From: Candidatus Latescibacterota bacterium
GTDB taxonomy: Bacteria > Latescibacterota > UBA2968 > UBA8231
Direction of reading: 5' to 3'
DNA length: 64,000 nt
Assembly (NCBI GenBank): GCA_965200315.1
Contig: OZ241362.1
Location: 800,001-864,000, forward strand
Positions 20,535 to 30,821 of the stretch are shown piece after piece (position 1 is the first letter of the stretch; each line of letters begins with the position of its first letter). The translations under genes were made by a program, and so were the position numbers. A model generated the notes under the pieces. That model saw only the letters and a list, made by a program, of their open reading frames with translations, did no database searches and was not told the origin of the DNA.

Positions 20535-23138
20535 ATGCCTAAACCGTACAAAATTCAGTGGATTACCCTAGTTGCGCTGCTAAGCTGGTTCGCGGGGACC
20601 GAGGCGCAGCAAGCCGGGCACCGCATTGCCAATTCCCAAATCATAGTCAACAGCCCGCGTCATTGGAAAAACTGGATATTCGCTCCGGGCACGATAGGGA
20701 TCTCACCGACCGGTGAGGTGCGGCCCAATGAATTGCGCAAAAACACCAATGCGATGCCCCAAATCGTAAAATTCCTCCGCTTCCACCCACCGGATGATCT
20801 GGCTAAAAAAGAACCAGAGGAATTGAGCCTACTCGATGCCATTGAGGCTGGCTCGAACCTAGCTGATGTAGTCAATGTGATCGACGGCGACCCTGCTACC
20901 TACTGGGAGCCGGAGGCGCTGAAAGGCACAGCGGATGTACGAGGCCAGTGGTGGTTCGGGTTGGATCTGGGACGCTTGGTATTCGCCCACAAAATTGTCT
21001 TGCGCTTTGTCGAGGAAGGCCAAGGAGATCCCTTTCTGCTCTTCGATGTGCTGGTGTCCGAAGGTTTAAAGCCGAGTCGCCTGCAGGGCGGGGACGCCCT
21101 CGCCTTCAAGACGGTGCTGCGCACGGTGCAGCCCAATAAGAGCCAACGTGTTTTCAAAATCGATCTGCGGAACGCCAACCACGAAGTTCAAGGCGAGCCT
21201 TTGCGCTTCGTACAGGTGGTGGTAACCAGAACCGATTCGACCCAAGGTCGAGAAGTCTCTCTCGCAGAGTACGGGCAACTGGACGATGCGAACCGAGGTG
21301 CCGTCCGTTTTTTCAAGCGCCAGCCCGACGGTCGCGAGACCGCAGTGCCAGAGGCCGTACACCAGCGACTGGACGAAGAGCGGCAAGGGGCCGTGCGCTA
21401 TTTTCGCCGCGAGCATCCCCGCCTAGCCGAACTGGAGGTGTGGCACGAGGGGGATGAGATAATGAGCGGCATAATCGCACGAGGCGGCTCGATGGCCCTC
21501 TCGGCGAAAGAAGTGGTTAATCTGGGCGCTTTTATCGATGGCAATGTGGACTCTAATTCGGGCGTACTCATCTCTGGAGCCCAAGCCGTCTCAGACCCCG
21601 AGCGATTTTTGTTTTTCGATCTGGGCAGCTTCTACTGGATCGATGCCCACCGCCAAGCTTATGGTCGAGGTTCGTACCGGGGCAGCTTCGCCAATTACCG
21701 ACTCGATTTTTCAGACGGCTCGCTGGCCCCCGACGGTAGCCTCTGGTGGACTAGGGCCGTAGATCGAGACCAAGCGCGGGTGTCGGGACGCCCCTATGAG
21801 GGCAATCGCTTCGATCCAGTCAAAGCCCGTTTCTTCCGCATCCACTGGTCGATGCAGGTGCGCGGTCTGATTGTCGCCACACTGGCGGAGGTACAGCTCT
21901 ACGGGGAGGGTTTCCAACCAGAGGTGAGCCTCGAATCAGACCTGATCCAGTTGGGCGGGACTCGCAACCTGATCTCGGTCGAGTGGGACGCCGATACCCC
22001 CGTCGGTACCCAAGTCCTAGTCCAGACCCGCACCGGCAACCAACTGGGCGAACGCCTGCACTATTTCAAGAAGGACGGTACTGAGGTGACCGAAGCCGAG
22101 TACAACAAGTTGCTCTCGCTCTTCAAGGGGGATATCGTCGCCGAGCCAATGCCCGGCAGCGACTGGAGCGACTGGAGCCAGCCCTATGAGCATAGTGTCG
22201 GCAGTCCGATCACCTCGCCGTCGCCACGCGAGTTCTTAATGATTCGCGCGACGTTGACTTCAGACGATCCGCAAATCAGTGGTGCGCTCCGGTCCATTCG
22301 CCTCCACTTCGCCGACCCGGTGGCCCAAGATCTGGTCGGCGAGGTCGCGCCCGTCGAGGTGGATTCGCTGGGCGTGGAGCGCCCCTTCTCCCTCTATATT
22401 CGGCCTCGATTCGTCGCCACCGATCTTGGATTCGACCACTTGTTAATGGTCGCTCCTGCTGATATGCGACTAGAGTTCAAGAACTTGTACGCTGGGAAGG
22501 CCACCGATTTTGCCGGGCCCACCACCGATCTGTCCGGGCTCGTTCAGGACCAAGTCGAGGTGCTGGCGACGGCTGGGGACACCCTGCGGCTGGCCTTCCC
22601 TACGATCAGCCCCGCAGCAGGAGTTGAAGTTTTGCGTCTCGACTTTGACACAGCCCTATTCTCAGCCGGAACGATTCTGCGCGCGGCGCTGAGCAACAGC
22701 GCCTCAGACGAACAAGCCTGGCAATGGCTCAGCCCAGGTAATGCACTCGATCAGGTGGAGAGCAATACGACCACCCTAGTCGGAGCGGTAAGACGCAAAG
22801 AATTGATCAGCCAACTGTCGCTGCACCCCAGCGTATTGACCCCCAATGGCGACGACATCAACGACCGAGTCGAGATCGCCTTTTCAGTAGTCTTGGTCGG
22901 CGACAACAGTCCCGTCCGGGTGCAGATTCGCGATTTGCGCGGCCGGCGGGTGTGGCACACCGTCGAGCATAAAGCAGTGGCTAGGGGGCATTATACCGTG
23001 TCTTGGGATGGCAGAGACCAAGCGGGGAATTTAGTACCCCCCGGCCTCTATGTGGTCGAGATCGACGTCGCCGCCGAAACAGAACAGACTGGTATCGCGC
23101 GTGGCAATGTGCTGCGCACCGTAGCCGTCGCCTATTGA
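20535..23138 (+). CDS. Large secreted protein with discoidin/F5-8-like modules and a C-terminal FlgD-Ig domain
   Basis: Signal peptide; IDGDPATYW, LDLG, LAELEV; C-terminus TPNGDDIND...WDGRDQAGNLVPPGLY...VAVAY. Confidence 0.8.
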   Translation: MPKPYKIQWITLVALLSWFAGTEAQQAGHRIANSQIIVNSPRHWKNWIFAPGTIGISPTGEVRPNELRKNTNAMPQIVKFLRFHPPDDLAKKEPEELSLLDAIEAGSNLADVVNVIDGDPATYWEPEALKGTADVRGQWWFGLDLGRLVFAHKIVLRFVEEGQGDPFLLFDVLVSEGLKPSRLQGGDALAFKTVLRTVQPNKSQRVFKIDLRNANHEVQGEPLRFVQVVVTRTDSTQGREVSLAEYGQLDDANRGAVRFFKRQPDGRETAVPEAVHQRLDEERQGAVRYFRREHPRLAELEVWHEGDEIMSGIIARGGSMALSAKEVVNLGAFIDGNVDSNSGVLISGAQAVSDPERFLFFDLGSFYWIDAHRQAYGRGSYRGSFANYRLDFSDGSLAPDGSLWWTRAVDRDQARVSGRPYEGNRFDPVKARFFRIHWSMQVRGLIVATLAEVQLYGEGFQPEVSLESDLIQLGGTRNLISVEWDADTPVGTQVLVQTRTGNQLGERLHYFKKDGTEVTEAEYNKLLSLFKGDIVAEPMPGSDWSDWSQPYEHSVGSPITSPSPREFLMIRATLTSDDPQISGALRSIRLHFADPVAQDLVGEVAPVEVDSLGVERPFSLYIRPRFVATDLGFDHLLMVAPADMRLEFKNLYAGKATDFAGPTTDLSGLVQDQVEVLATAGDTLRLAFPTISPAAGVEVLRLDFDTALFSAGTILRAALSNSASDEQAWQWLSPGNALDQVESNTTTLVGAVRRKELISQLSLHPSVLTPNGDDINDRVEIAFSVVLVGDNSPVRVQIRDLRGRRVWHTVEHKAVARGHYTVSWDGRDQAGNLVPPGLYVVEIDVAAETEQTGIARGNVLRTVAVAY

Positions 23139-23149
23139 TTGGATATCTC

Positions 23150-25066
23150 ATGCGATTGCGGCTTTTCCATTGCGCGTTGGCGATCCTCTTACTCGGCTTT
23201 GTCCGCCCTAGTGCCGGGCTGACGGTCTTTCGCCTCGGCGGAGAGACCCTGCCCCGTCCCGAGTTAGATGGCCCCTATGAATTCATCCAGCTCAGCTGGA
23301 ACGAAATCGAAGCGCGGCGGCACGGCAGCGCCGAACGGCTGGACTTTGACCCCGATTTCATTCGTCCTCAGCGATTGGACCCCAAGGTCAATCTCATCCC
23401 GCTCATCGAGGAGCAAGGTGGGCAGATCTTCAATTTAATATGGCATGGTTGGGTCTCGCCTCAGCAGGAAGATTTTCTCATGTACGATGGGGATCCCGAG
23501 ACCTTCTATCTGGGCGATGGCCGTTTCGCCGTGCACGGACCGCCCATCAAGTTCACAATCTTCGATTTCGGCGCTCGTTTGCGGCTCGAACGCATCCGCT
23601 TTTTTCCGCGCCCGAAACACCGCAGCGATCGCTTTATGCAGCGTTTTAGAATTGGCATCAACGACGGCGATCCGTTCAAAGACGGTACGCGGGAAATGAC
23701 CGTGCGGCGCGGGGATGGCTTTTCCGATTTCGACATTGCCTACCAAAGGACAGAAAATACCGAAGCCGTTGTCGATGTCGAATTGCCCGCCGTACCCGTG
23801 CAACGCCTGCTCTTCGAGGCCTATGAGAATACGCGCGGCATCTGGGAAATCGCCGAACTCGAGATCTATGGCAACGGCTATGTCCCCTTCACCAGTTACG
23901 TCTCCAACGTGATCGATCTGGGCGGTCCCGCCAGTCTGGGGCAGCTAAGCTGGAGCGGCCATATCGACGCGGGGGCCCAAGTTGACCTGACCATGCGCAG
24001 CGGCGTTGACGACGATCCCAACACCTACTGGCGCACCACCTTCCGCGGCAGCGAACGCACCCGCTTCGACAGCAAGGGCATACCACTCAACCGAGCCTCT
24101 TACAACAAGCTACAGCGCGGCGAACAAGACGGCATTACCCACGACACCGAAAACTGGGTTTTCTGGAGCGCGCCCTACGACTTTGGCGCTGGGACCGGCG
24201 CGATGATCGGCACTGGGACCCGGCGCTATGTGCAGTTGCGCACCGATTTCACCTCTACCCAGACGGCCGGTAGCCAGCTAAACTACGTCCAATTCGCCGT
24301 GTCGATCCCGCCGGTGGCCAGCCGCGCCTTGGCCGAGATCGTCCCGGGCACCGCACTGCCGGGGCAGGTGACGGGCTTCACCTATAAACTGCGTCCGACC
24401 ATAGACTCCGAGGATTTGGGCTTTGACAGCATCGGCATCGATACGCCTACCAAGGTGAAGAGCGTCGATCAAGTGCGCATCTCAGGGATCCCCGTGGATT
24501 TTGAGGTGGTGGAAATAGGCGAGACCGGCTTTGTCGTGCAGATCCCGCGCATCGACATCCAGCTCACCACAGAGCTGATAGAAGTGGATTTCCAAACCGA
24601 GGTGTTCAAGTTCGGCACGGTGTTCTCGGGACGGCTCTTCGATAGCCAGCAGCCGTTGGAAGTGCCGCAGAGCATCGCGGCAGGCGATGCCGACGAATTG
24701 GAAGACAGCAATAGGCTGAGTGTGGATCTGGCGCGTTTTGGCGAACGCACGATCGGCTCGTTGACCCTCGACCCGCCGGTGTTCAGCCCCAATGAAGATG
24801 GCGTCAACGACGCGGTGAGGATCGACTACGATTTGCTTAACCTGGTGGGTGCGGTGCCGGTGCAGGTGGAAATTTTCGATCTATCGGGTCGCTCGTTGGG
24901 CGTAGTATTGCAGGAGCAGACGGCGAGCGGTCGTTTCTCGGTCACTTGGGACGGGCGCGACGGGGACGGTGCATTGTTGCCGCCGGGCCTCTACCTAGTA
25001 TGTCTGCGCGTGGAGTCCGACAAGTCGGAAGACACCCGACAGGCCCTATTGTCACTCGTTTACTGA
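23150..25066 (+). CDS. Secreted protein with a C-terminal FlgD-Ig domain (distant paralog of the preceding gene)
   Basis: Signal peptide MRLRLFHCALAILLLG; DGDPET, IAELEIYG.G, S.VIDLG; C-terminus SPNEDGVND...WDGRDGDG.LLPPGLY...LSLVY. Confidence 0.8.
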   Translation: MRLRLFHCALAILLLGFVRPSAGLTVFRLGGETLPRPELDGPYEFIQLSWNEIEARRHGSAERLDFDPDFIRPQRLDPKVNLIPLIEEQGGQIFNLIWHGWVSPQQEDFLMYDGDPETFYLGDGRFAVHGPPIKFTIFDFGARLRLERIRFFPRPKHRSDRFMQRFRIGINDGDPFKDGTREMTVRRGDGFSDFDIAYQRTENTEAVVDVELPAVPVQRLLFEAYENTRGIWEIAELEIYGNGYVPFTSYVSNVIDLGGPASLGQLSWSGHIDAGAQVDLTMRSGVDDDPNTYWRTTFRGSERTRFDSKGIPLNRASYNKLQRGEQDGITHDTENWVFWSAPYDFGAGTGAMIGTGTRRYVQLRTDFTSTQTAGSQLNYVQFAVSIPPVASRALAEIVPGTALPGQVTGFTYKLRPTIDSEDLGFDSIGIDTPTKVKSVDQVRISGIPVDFEVVEIGETGFVVQIPRIDIQLTTELIEVDFQTEVFKFGTVFSGRLFDSQQPLEVPQSIAAGDADELEDSNRLSVDLARFGERTIGSLTLDPPVFSPNEDGVNDAVRIDYDLLNLVGAVPVQVEIFDLSGRSLGVVLQEQTASGRFSVTWDGRDGDGALLPPGLYLVCLRVESDKSEDTRQALLSLVY

Positions 25067-25358
25067 CGAATACTTCTACTCAGTATTAAAAGACAGGAAA
25101 TTGGTTGATGCGGGATAAAGCATCGGATCGTTGGATTGAGAAGGGAGATTGGTCGGGAACAGAAATTATAGAAATCTATTTGAAAAAATCGCATCTCGCT
25201 ATGGTGACTCCTCATACAAGCCTTTCTGTGCAGATTTTGTCGCGAAACCTGAATAGGGCTCGGTGAATACGCCGTTCCAAATATCGGATATATCATGGGT
25301 TTGCAGACCGCTTCTAAAGGCCCTTTATAATCCCTATACATAAAGGAGAGACAGGTCC

Positions 25359-26363
25359 ATGATTAAACTGGGTATGATTGGCTGTGGCGGCATGGGGGGT
25401 GCCCACATGCGGCGGTTTCACACCCTGAGTGATCGGGTCGCATTGGCCGCGGCGGTCGATGTTGTTCCCGAACGCGCAGAAGCCGTCGCGCAACAATTTC
25501 CAAGTGCCTGTGTGGCGACGGATTATCGCGAGATTTTGGACTCGGTAGATGCCGTATTGCTCGCGCTACCCCACCATTTGCACGCTTCCGTAGGATGTGC
25601 GTGTCTCAATGCGGGCATCCACGTCTTGCTCGAAAAACCCATGGCCAATAGTGAAGCCGCCTGCCAAGACCTAATTGCGGCATCTGCAACCTCGGGCAAA
25701 GTGCTGATGATTGCGTATTGCATGCGCTTTCATCCAATAGTCCAGCGTCTGCAAGCATTGTTAGATGAAGGCGCGTATGGCGATGTATTTCAAGTGTCGA
25801 TCTGGACCGAGCAACTCACGCGCTATCCCCCCGATCACTGGGCTTCGAGCCAAGAGCACTTGGGCGGCGGGCAATTGTTTAGTCATGGCTGTCATTACAT
25901 CGATTTGCTGCTCTGGTTTTTGGGGCGACCCGTGCAGGGCATGCATATAGGCACCAATTTTGGCACGCCGTGGATGGAGCGCGAAGGCACGAGCAATGTG
26001 ACGATGGAATTTGCCGATGGCCGCCTCGGATATCACTTTGGCACTTGGGGTGCGCGGGGCACCCGGTTGCGCTACTCAATCCACGCGCATTGCACCGAAG
26101 GGATGCTCGATGCCGATATCTCAGGCGGCAAACTCGTACATATCCTGCGCGGCCAAGAGGAAGTTCTGTTTGAAGCAGAGCCGGGCAAACACACGGAAAA
26201 CGAGATGGCCCATTTTCTCGATTGCATTGAAACTGGGCAAACGCCGCTGACCGATGGCAAAAGCAGCTTGCAGGGCTTGCGCGTGATCTGGCGGCTATAC
26301 GAAGCCGAGCAAGCAAGGCAGATTGCAGATTTGACGGGATTGGGTTTGGATGAAGCCGAATGA
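25359..26363 (+). CDS. Gfo/Idh/MocA family oxidoreductase
   Basis: GMIGCGGMG, HVLLEKPMA, GGGQLFSHGCHYIDL. Confidence 0.92.
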   Translation: MIKLGMIGCGGMGGAHMRRFHTLSDRVALAAAVDVVPERAEAVAQQFPSACVATDYREILDSVDAVLLALPHHLHASVGCACLNAGIHVLLEKPMANSEAACQDLIAASATSGKVLMIAYCMRFHPIVQRLQALLDEGAYGDVFQVSIWTEQLTRYPPDHWASSQEHLGGGQLFSHGCHYIDLLLWFLGRPVQGMHIGTNFGTPWMEREGTSNVTMEFADGRLGYHFGTWGARGTRLRYSIHAHCTEGMLDADISGGKLVHILRGQEEVLFEAEPGKHTENEMAHFLDCIETGQTPLTDGKSSLQGLRVIWRLYEAEQARQIADLTGLGLDEAE

Positions 26364-26372
26364 ATTGGACGC

Positions 26373-27440
26373 CTACGCACTGTATTGATCAATTTTTGCT
26401 TCGTCCACTTCAACGCCCAGTCCCGGCCCCAACGGCACGCGGATGCGCCCATTTGCAAACTGCAACGGTTCGGCCAGCACGTCATCCGTCAGGCCGTGGT
26501 AGCAGGTGTCGTTCGGGCCGGAAAAATTGGGGGTTGCTGCCGCAATGTGCGCGATGGCGGCGGTCTTGAGTCCGAGGTCGTGCGAACAGTGCATCAGGCA
26601 CGGCACGTCATATGCCCCTGCGACAGTAGCGACTTTCTTGACAGGTAGCACTCCGCCCGCCGCTGGGGTATCTGGCATCAGCATGTCAGTGCCCTCGTTG
26701 GCCAGCAGGTTCACAACGGAGTCCGCAGTACCAACACCCATGTTCACCAAGATACCCATGCCGATTTCCGTGCGGAACCGGACCAACGCGTCGAGGTACT
26801 CGGGCGAGCAGGGGTCTTCAAAATAGCGAATCCCCATATCTTTCATTTTTAGCAGTGTAGCTTCTGCCTCTGCGGGGGAATACCCGCTATTTGCATCTGG
26901 GCGGAGTACGGCTTGGTCGCCAACAGCGGCTTGTATGGCCTCGGCAATCTGCAGGTCCTGTTGTGAGTCGTCACCCGCTTTTGTTTTTAAGAAGCGAAAT
27001 CCCCACCGCTCCACGTACTCGCGAGCCGTTGCGGCGGACTCCGATGGGACCTTGAGTCCCATGCAGGCGCAGAAGTCCACTTCCTCCCGCACCACGCCGC
27101 CGAGCAGTTTACAGACCGGCAAATCTGCACTCTTGCCCATGGCGTCCCACAGTGCCATCTCAATGCCAGACATAGGGCCTTTGCTAATGCCTCCTGCTTC
27201 CAGCGCGGCAATAGCCCCTTCGATGTTGGCCGCATCTTTGCCCGCCAGCATTGCATTTGGGTCCGTTTCAAACCGGCCCGTCCCTTCGCCCCAACCCACT
27301 ACATCCGCGTCCGTTTCAACTTTCACGATAAGTCCGGCTGCGCCCAAAGTGCCACTACCACCACCTCGCCCAACGTAAGGGCCAACGGGCGAAGCGTATG
27401 GGATTGCAACGCTAGTTCCTGTAATTCGCTTAATTTTCAT
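26373..27440 (-). CDS. Mandelate racemase/muconate lactonizing enzyme (enolase superfamily) protein
   Basis: GWGE, IEMALWD..GK, LLGG, KTK, DAN, EDP, GPGLGVEVD; start placed at MKIKRITG. Confidence 0.88.
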   Translation of the reverse strand: MKIKRITGTSVAIPYASPVGPYVGRGGGSGTLGAAGLIVKVETDADVVGWGEGTGRFETDPNAMLAGKDAANIEGAIAALEAGGISKGPMSGIEMALWDAMGKSADLPVCKLLGGVVREEVDFCACMGLKVPSESAATAREYVERWGFRFLKTKAGDDSQQDLQIAEAIQAAVGDQAVLRPDANSGYSPAEAEATLLKMKDMGIRYFEDPCSPEYLDALVRFRTEIGMGILVNMGVGTADSVVNLLANEGTDMLMPDTPAAGGVLPVKKVATVAGAYDVPCLMHCSHDLGLKTAAIAHIAAATPNFSGPNDTCYHGLTDDVLAEPLQFANGRIRVPLGPGLGVEVDEAKIDQYSA

Positions 27441-27600
27441 TTTGGCACCTATGAATGAGATTGGTGGTTTCCACTTGGCGTAGCCTAACACCCATAGTGC
27501 CTTGCTGTCAATGTTTGGCTGGTGTCCGGTTGACGAGTGTGCGGGGGGCGTTACCTTACGGCAGGTTTAAAACTAACCTTTCGCGAAGGTCGATTCGCCG

Positions 27601-28419
27601 GTGAGCGCAATCTCGGAAAAAGACAAGGAAACGTACGCCGCGCAGGGGTTTCTCATCCTGCGCCAAGCCTTTGCACAAACCCGAATCGCGGCGCTGCTCG
27701 AAGCGGTCGAACGCCTGATCGACAAAGGGCGGGCGAGCGAGTGCGAGATAGGCTGGATTGACCGCGAGCGCCGTTTGCCGTCCCGCACCGGCCACCTGCT
27801 CAATCCCGACAAGTACCACCCCGCCTTCGCCGACTGGATTGACGACGATCTCGCGCCCTATCTCGAAGCCCTAGTCTGCGGCCCGGGAATACGCCATAGC
27901 CTGTTTGGCATGCTCGCCAGCGGCGGCGGAAAGCCGTACACCCAGAAATGGCACCGCGATCTCGGCAAACCGGGAGACGAGGCGGAAACTGCGTACCTGC
28001 GCCGACACGAGGGCCGCTTCGTGCAGTTCAATGCCCCGCTCGTTGCCGGGGATCGCTTCCTCAACATCGTCCCCGGGAGTCACCTGCGAGCGTCGACGGC
28101 CGCGGAAATCACAGCGTCCCGCAGCGAATCGGGGGACATGCCCAACGCCCTCGTCGTCGAGTTGGAACCGGGAGACATCGCTTACTACAACGCCAACCTC
28201 TGGCACCGGGGATGGAACCCGGAGGGACACAAGCGCTGGACCATGCACTGCGCCTTCTGGAACGCTGGGGCAACGGTGATGCAGCACGAGTACGGACAGC
28301 GCGAGCCGCTGACCCAGCCGGGGCATCTGGAGCAGATGCCCCCCGTTACTCGGCAGTACATCCAGAGCTACCTCGACAACTATCCCGAGGTGGCCCCGCC
28401 CTCCATATTCGATCTGTAG
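27601..28419 (+). CDS. Phytanoyl-CoA dioxygenase (PhyH) family protein
   Basis: QGFLIL, WHRD, VPGSH, LEPGD, LWHRG. Confidence 0.88.
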   Translation: MSAISEKDKETYAAQGFLILRQAFAQTRIAALLEAVERLIDKGRASECEIGWIDRERRLPSRTGHLLNPDKYHPAFADWIDDDLAPYLEALVCGPGIRHSLFGMLASGGGKPYTQKWHRDLGKPGDEAETAYLRRHEGRFVQFNAPLVAGDRFLNIVPGSHLRASTAAEITASRSESGDMPNALVVELEPGDIAYYNANLWHRGWNPEGHKRWTMHCAFWNAGATVMQHEYGQREPLTQPGHLEQMPPVTRQYIQSYLDNYPEVAPPSIFDL

Positions 28420-28455
28420 ACATGCACAGTTTGCAAGTGCTAGGGGCGGCCCATA

Positions 28456-28896
28456 TTGCAAAGGATATCAATCATACTCGTAAGCGTTGTAACTTCCGCC
28501 GCTTACAGCCAACCTGCGGCGACCACGCCCGCTATGGCCGCATCCCCCAGCGACCACTCACCTACCAAGTCCCAACTCACACTAACTTGGCATCTAGCCG
28601 AACATGTGAGAGAAAGCTATAGTGGCTGGAACAGCCTCGCCCATATCGGCGCAGTCGGGACCACTTGGCTGTTGAGCAAATCCGGCGTCGACGCCGACGT
28701 CCAAGCTTGGTCGGCGCGGCGCAATGAGACCTTGTCTATCGCCGCTAGCGTCCCCGCGCTTATCGGCGGCTTCTTCGTCCCCGTCGCTGTGCCGCTCTAT
28801 ATGAGGCGCTCCGACGCTACCCGCATCCGCAACGGCGGCTTCGCTTGGGGCTACTTGCAGCCATTAGCTGCTCCCGGCCATTGGGGACTCAACTGA
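28456..28896 (+). pseudogene. Truncated exported/membrane protein, possibly the N-terminal part of a PAP2-family phosphatase
   Basis: Signal-like N-terminus and two hydrophobic helices with D..VQ; ends before any catalytic motif. Confidence 0.4.
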
Positions 28897-29025
28897 CGCT
28901 AAACACCGATTAGCGACTGGCCACGCACCTCAGTGTCTTGAGTTTGCAAATATGCGATACCATGGTGGCACAAGAGACTGTGGCATTTTAGTATTATTTG
29001 CGCGGTGAAACGGAGATCGACGGCA

Positions 29026-29967
29026 ATGAACGCAAAATACGAATGGCACTGCGTCACTGAGAGCGCGGCCTTCGCGGCTCGCGATGGCGCTGGCGCATTG
29101 GTGTTCCACGATAAAATGTGGCTGCTGGGCGGCTGGAACCCAAGAGATAAAGTCCACTTCCCGCAGATCTGCAACAGTGAGGTCTGGTCGTCGGCCAACG
29201 GTGCCTCTTGGACGCTTGAGAATCCCCAAGCGCCTTGGGAAGGAAGGCATACGGCCGGCTATGTGGTGCACGACGGCCGGATGTGGATCGTAGGCGGCGA
29301 TTGCAATCAGGGCCATTATCAGAACGATGTCTGGAGCAGTGCGGACGGCATTCATTGGGATCTAGCCAATGATCACGTGCCGTGGGCTCCCCGAGTACTC
29401 CATTATACCCTAGCCTTCGACGGTCGGATATGGGTTATGGGCGGACAAACCATCCCTAATTTTGCCGACGCCGACGAGGTCTTCCACAACGATGGGTGGA
29501 GTTCGGACGATGGAGTAAACTGGACCCAAGTTACCGAGCGCGCTCCGTGGGTGCCCAGAGGGATGATCGGCGGAGCCGCTGTGCACGACGACAGGATGTG
29601 GATTCTGGGTGGGGGCACCTACGATACGCCTGCAACTCCTATCCGCAATTTCTACAATGATGTGTGGAGTTCAGACGATGGGATAAACTGGGAACATCAC
29701 ATAGCACATGCTCCGTGGACGCCGCGGCAATACCACGAGGTGGCCGCGTTCGATGATCATCTGTGGGTGTTGGAAGGCTATGCGGCAGAGAGCGGCAATC
29801 GCCGCGATGTGTGGTATTCGCCCAATGGCGTGGACTGGACCGAATTGCTCGATACCCCTTGGGCACCCCGCCATGCCGGGAGCGTGTTCGTGTACGACGG
29901 GTCGCTGTGGATGGTGGCCGGGAATAATATGGAGCCGGATGTCTGGCGGCTTTCGCGCAGAAAATAG
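29026..29967 (+). CDS. Kelch-like repeat beta-propeller protein
   Basis: About six repeats of APW.PR..H....DG.MWV.GG....NDVWSS.DG..W. Confidence 0.85.
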   Translation: MNAKYEWHCVTESAAFAARDGAGALVFHDKMWLLGGWNPRDKVHFPQICNSEVWSSANGASWTLENPQAPWEGRHTAGYVVHDGRMWIVGGDCNQGHYQNDVWSSADGIHWDLANDHVPWAPRVLHYTLAFDGRIWVMGGQTIPNFADADEVFHNDGWSSDDGVNWTQVTERAPWVPRGMIGGAAVHDDRMWILGGGTYDTPATPIRNFYNDVWSSDDGINWEHHIAHAPWTPRQYHEVAAFDDHLWVLEGYAAESGNRRDVWYSPNGVDWTELLDTPWAPRHAGSVFVYDGSLWMVAGNNMEPDVWRLSRRK

Positions 29968-29975
29968 GCGTCTTT

Positions 29976-30821
29976 ATGGACCGAAGAATGGAAGAATACC
30001 GCGCTCAGGGTTATACCGTATTCGAGGGGCTGTACGACGAAGCCACCATGCAGACTTGGCGCGACGAGCAGGATCGCCTGCAAGCCCTCGCCACAGAGGG
30101 GCCCCATGTGCAAGAACGGACCCATTGGTTCGGCAATATGCTCGAACGAGCGCCGCAACTGATGTGGCCAGCCGTGGTTCATCCGGCCATTCTCGATTTT
30201 GCCGAGCAGGTGGTGGGGCCTTTCGTGCAGCTCGACAACCTCACCTTGGCCGCCTTTCCCGCCGTGGAGCCGAAAGAAGCCGCCGGTAAGGTCAGCGCTT
30301 GGCACCGAGACCGCTGGGCTCGCATGCCCAGCGGCGCGTACGAACGCCCGCTGGCCTTTAATGCCATCTGCTATCTACAGGACTTAGACGACGAATACGG
30401 ACCGCTCAGGGTGCTGCCCGGTTCGCACGTCGAGGCCATTGCCCTAGCCGAAGAAGAAATCCGCAAGCCGCACCAAGACGAACTGTTGATCTACATGAAA
30501 GCCGGCGATGTGGTTTTGACCCACAACGGCCTGCTGCACTCGGGGACGCCCAATACCTCGGGACGCAAGCGCTACTTCTTCAGTGTGTACTACAACATCT
30601 CTTGGCTCAAACACACGGATACATTCACCGGCCCCAACTGCCAACAGCTCATCAACTGGGCCCGGAGCCGGCAGGATCACCGGGCCCTGCGTCTGTTGGG
30701 TCAGGACGAGCACTTGCAGAGCCGCGCCAACAGCGGTTTCCAACAGCCCGACGAAACGCGTTGGCATCAGTGGTCCCAAGCCGACCAACGCGTGCTTGAA
30801 GAGACCGCCAAACGGGAATAG
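29976..30821 (+). CDS. Phytanoyl-CoA dioxygenase (PhyH) family protein
   Basis: QGYTVFEG, WHRD, YLQD, GPLRVLPGSH, KAGDV, LLHSGTPN. Confidence 0.9.
   Translation: MDRRMEEYRAQGYTVFEGLYDEATMQTWRDEQDRLQALATEGPHVQERTHWFGNMLERAPQLMWPAVVHPAILDFAEQVVGPFVQLDNLTLAAFPAVEPKEAAGKVSAWHRDRWARMPSGAYERPLAFNAICYLQDLDDEYGPLRVLPGSHVEAIALAEEEIRKPHQDELLIYMKAGDVVLTHNGLLHSGTPNTSGRKRYFFSVYYNISWLKHTDTFTGPNCQQLINWARSRQDHRALRLLGQDEHLQSRANSGFQQPDETRWHQWSQADQRVLEETAKRE

Noticed and set aside
25067-25340. AT-rich spacer with a short ORF and possible IS-end-like sequence
   Set aside because: No partner inverted repeat, target duplication or transposase found.
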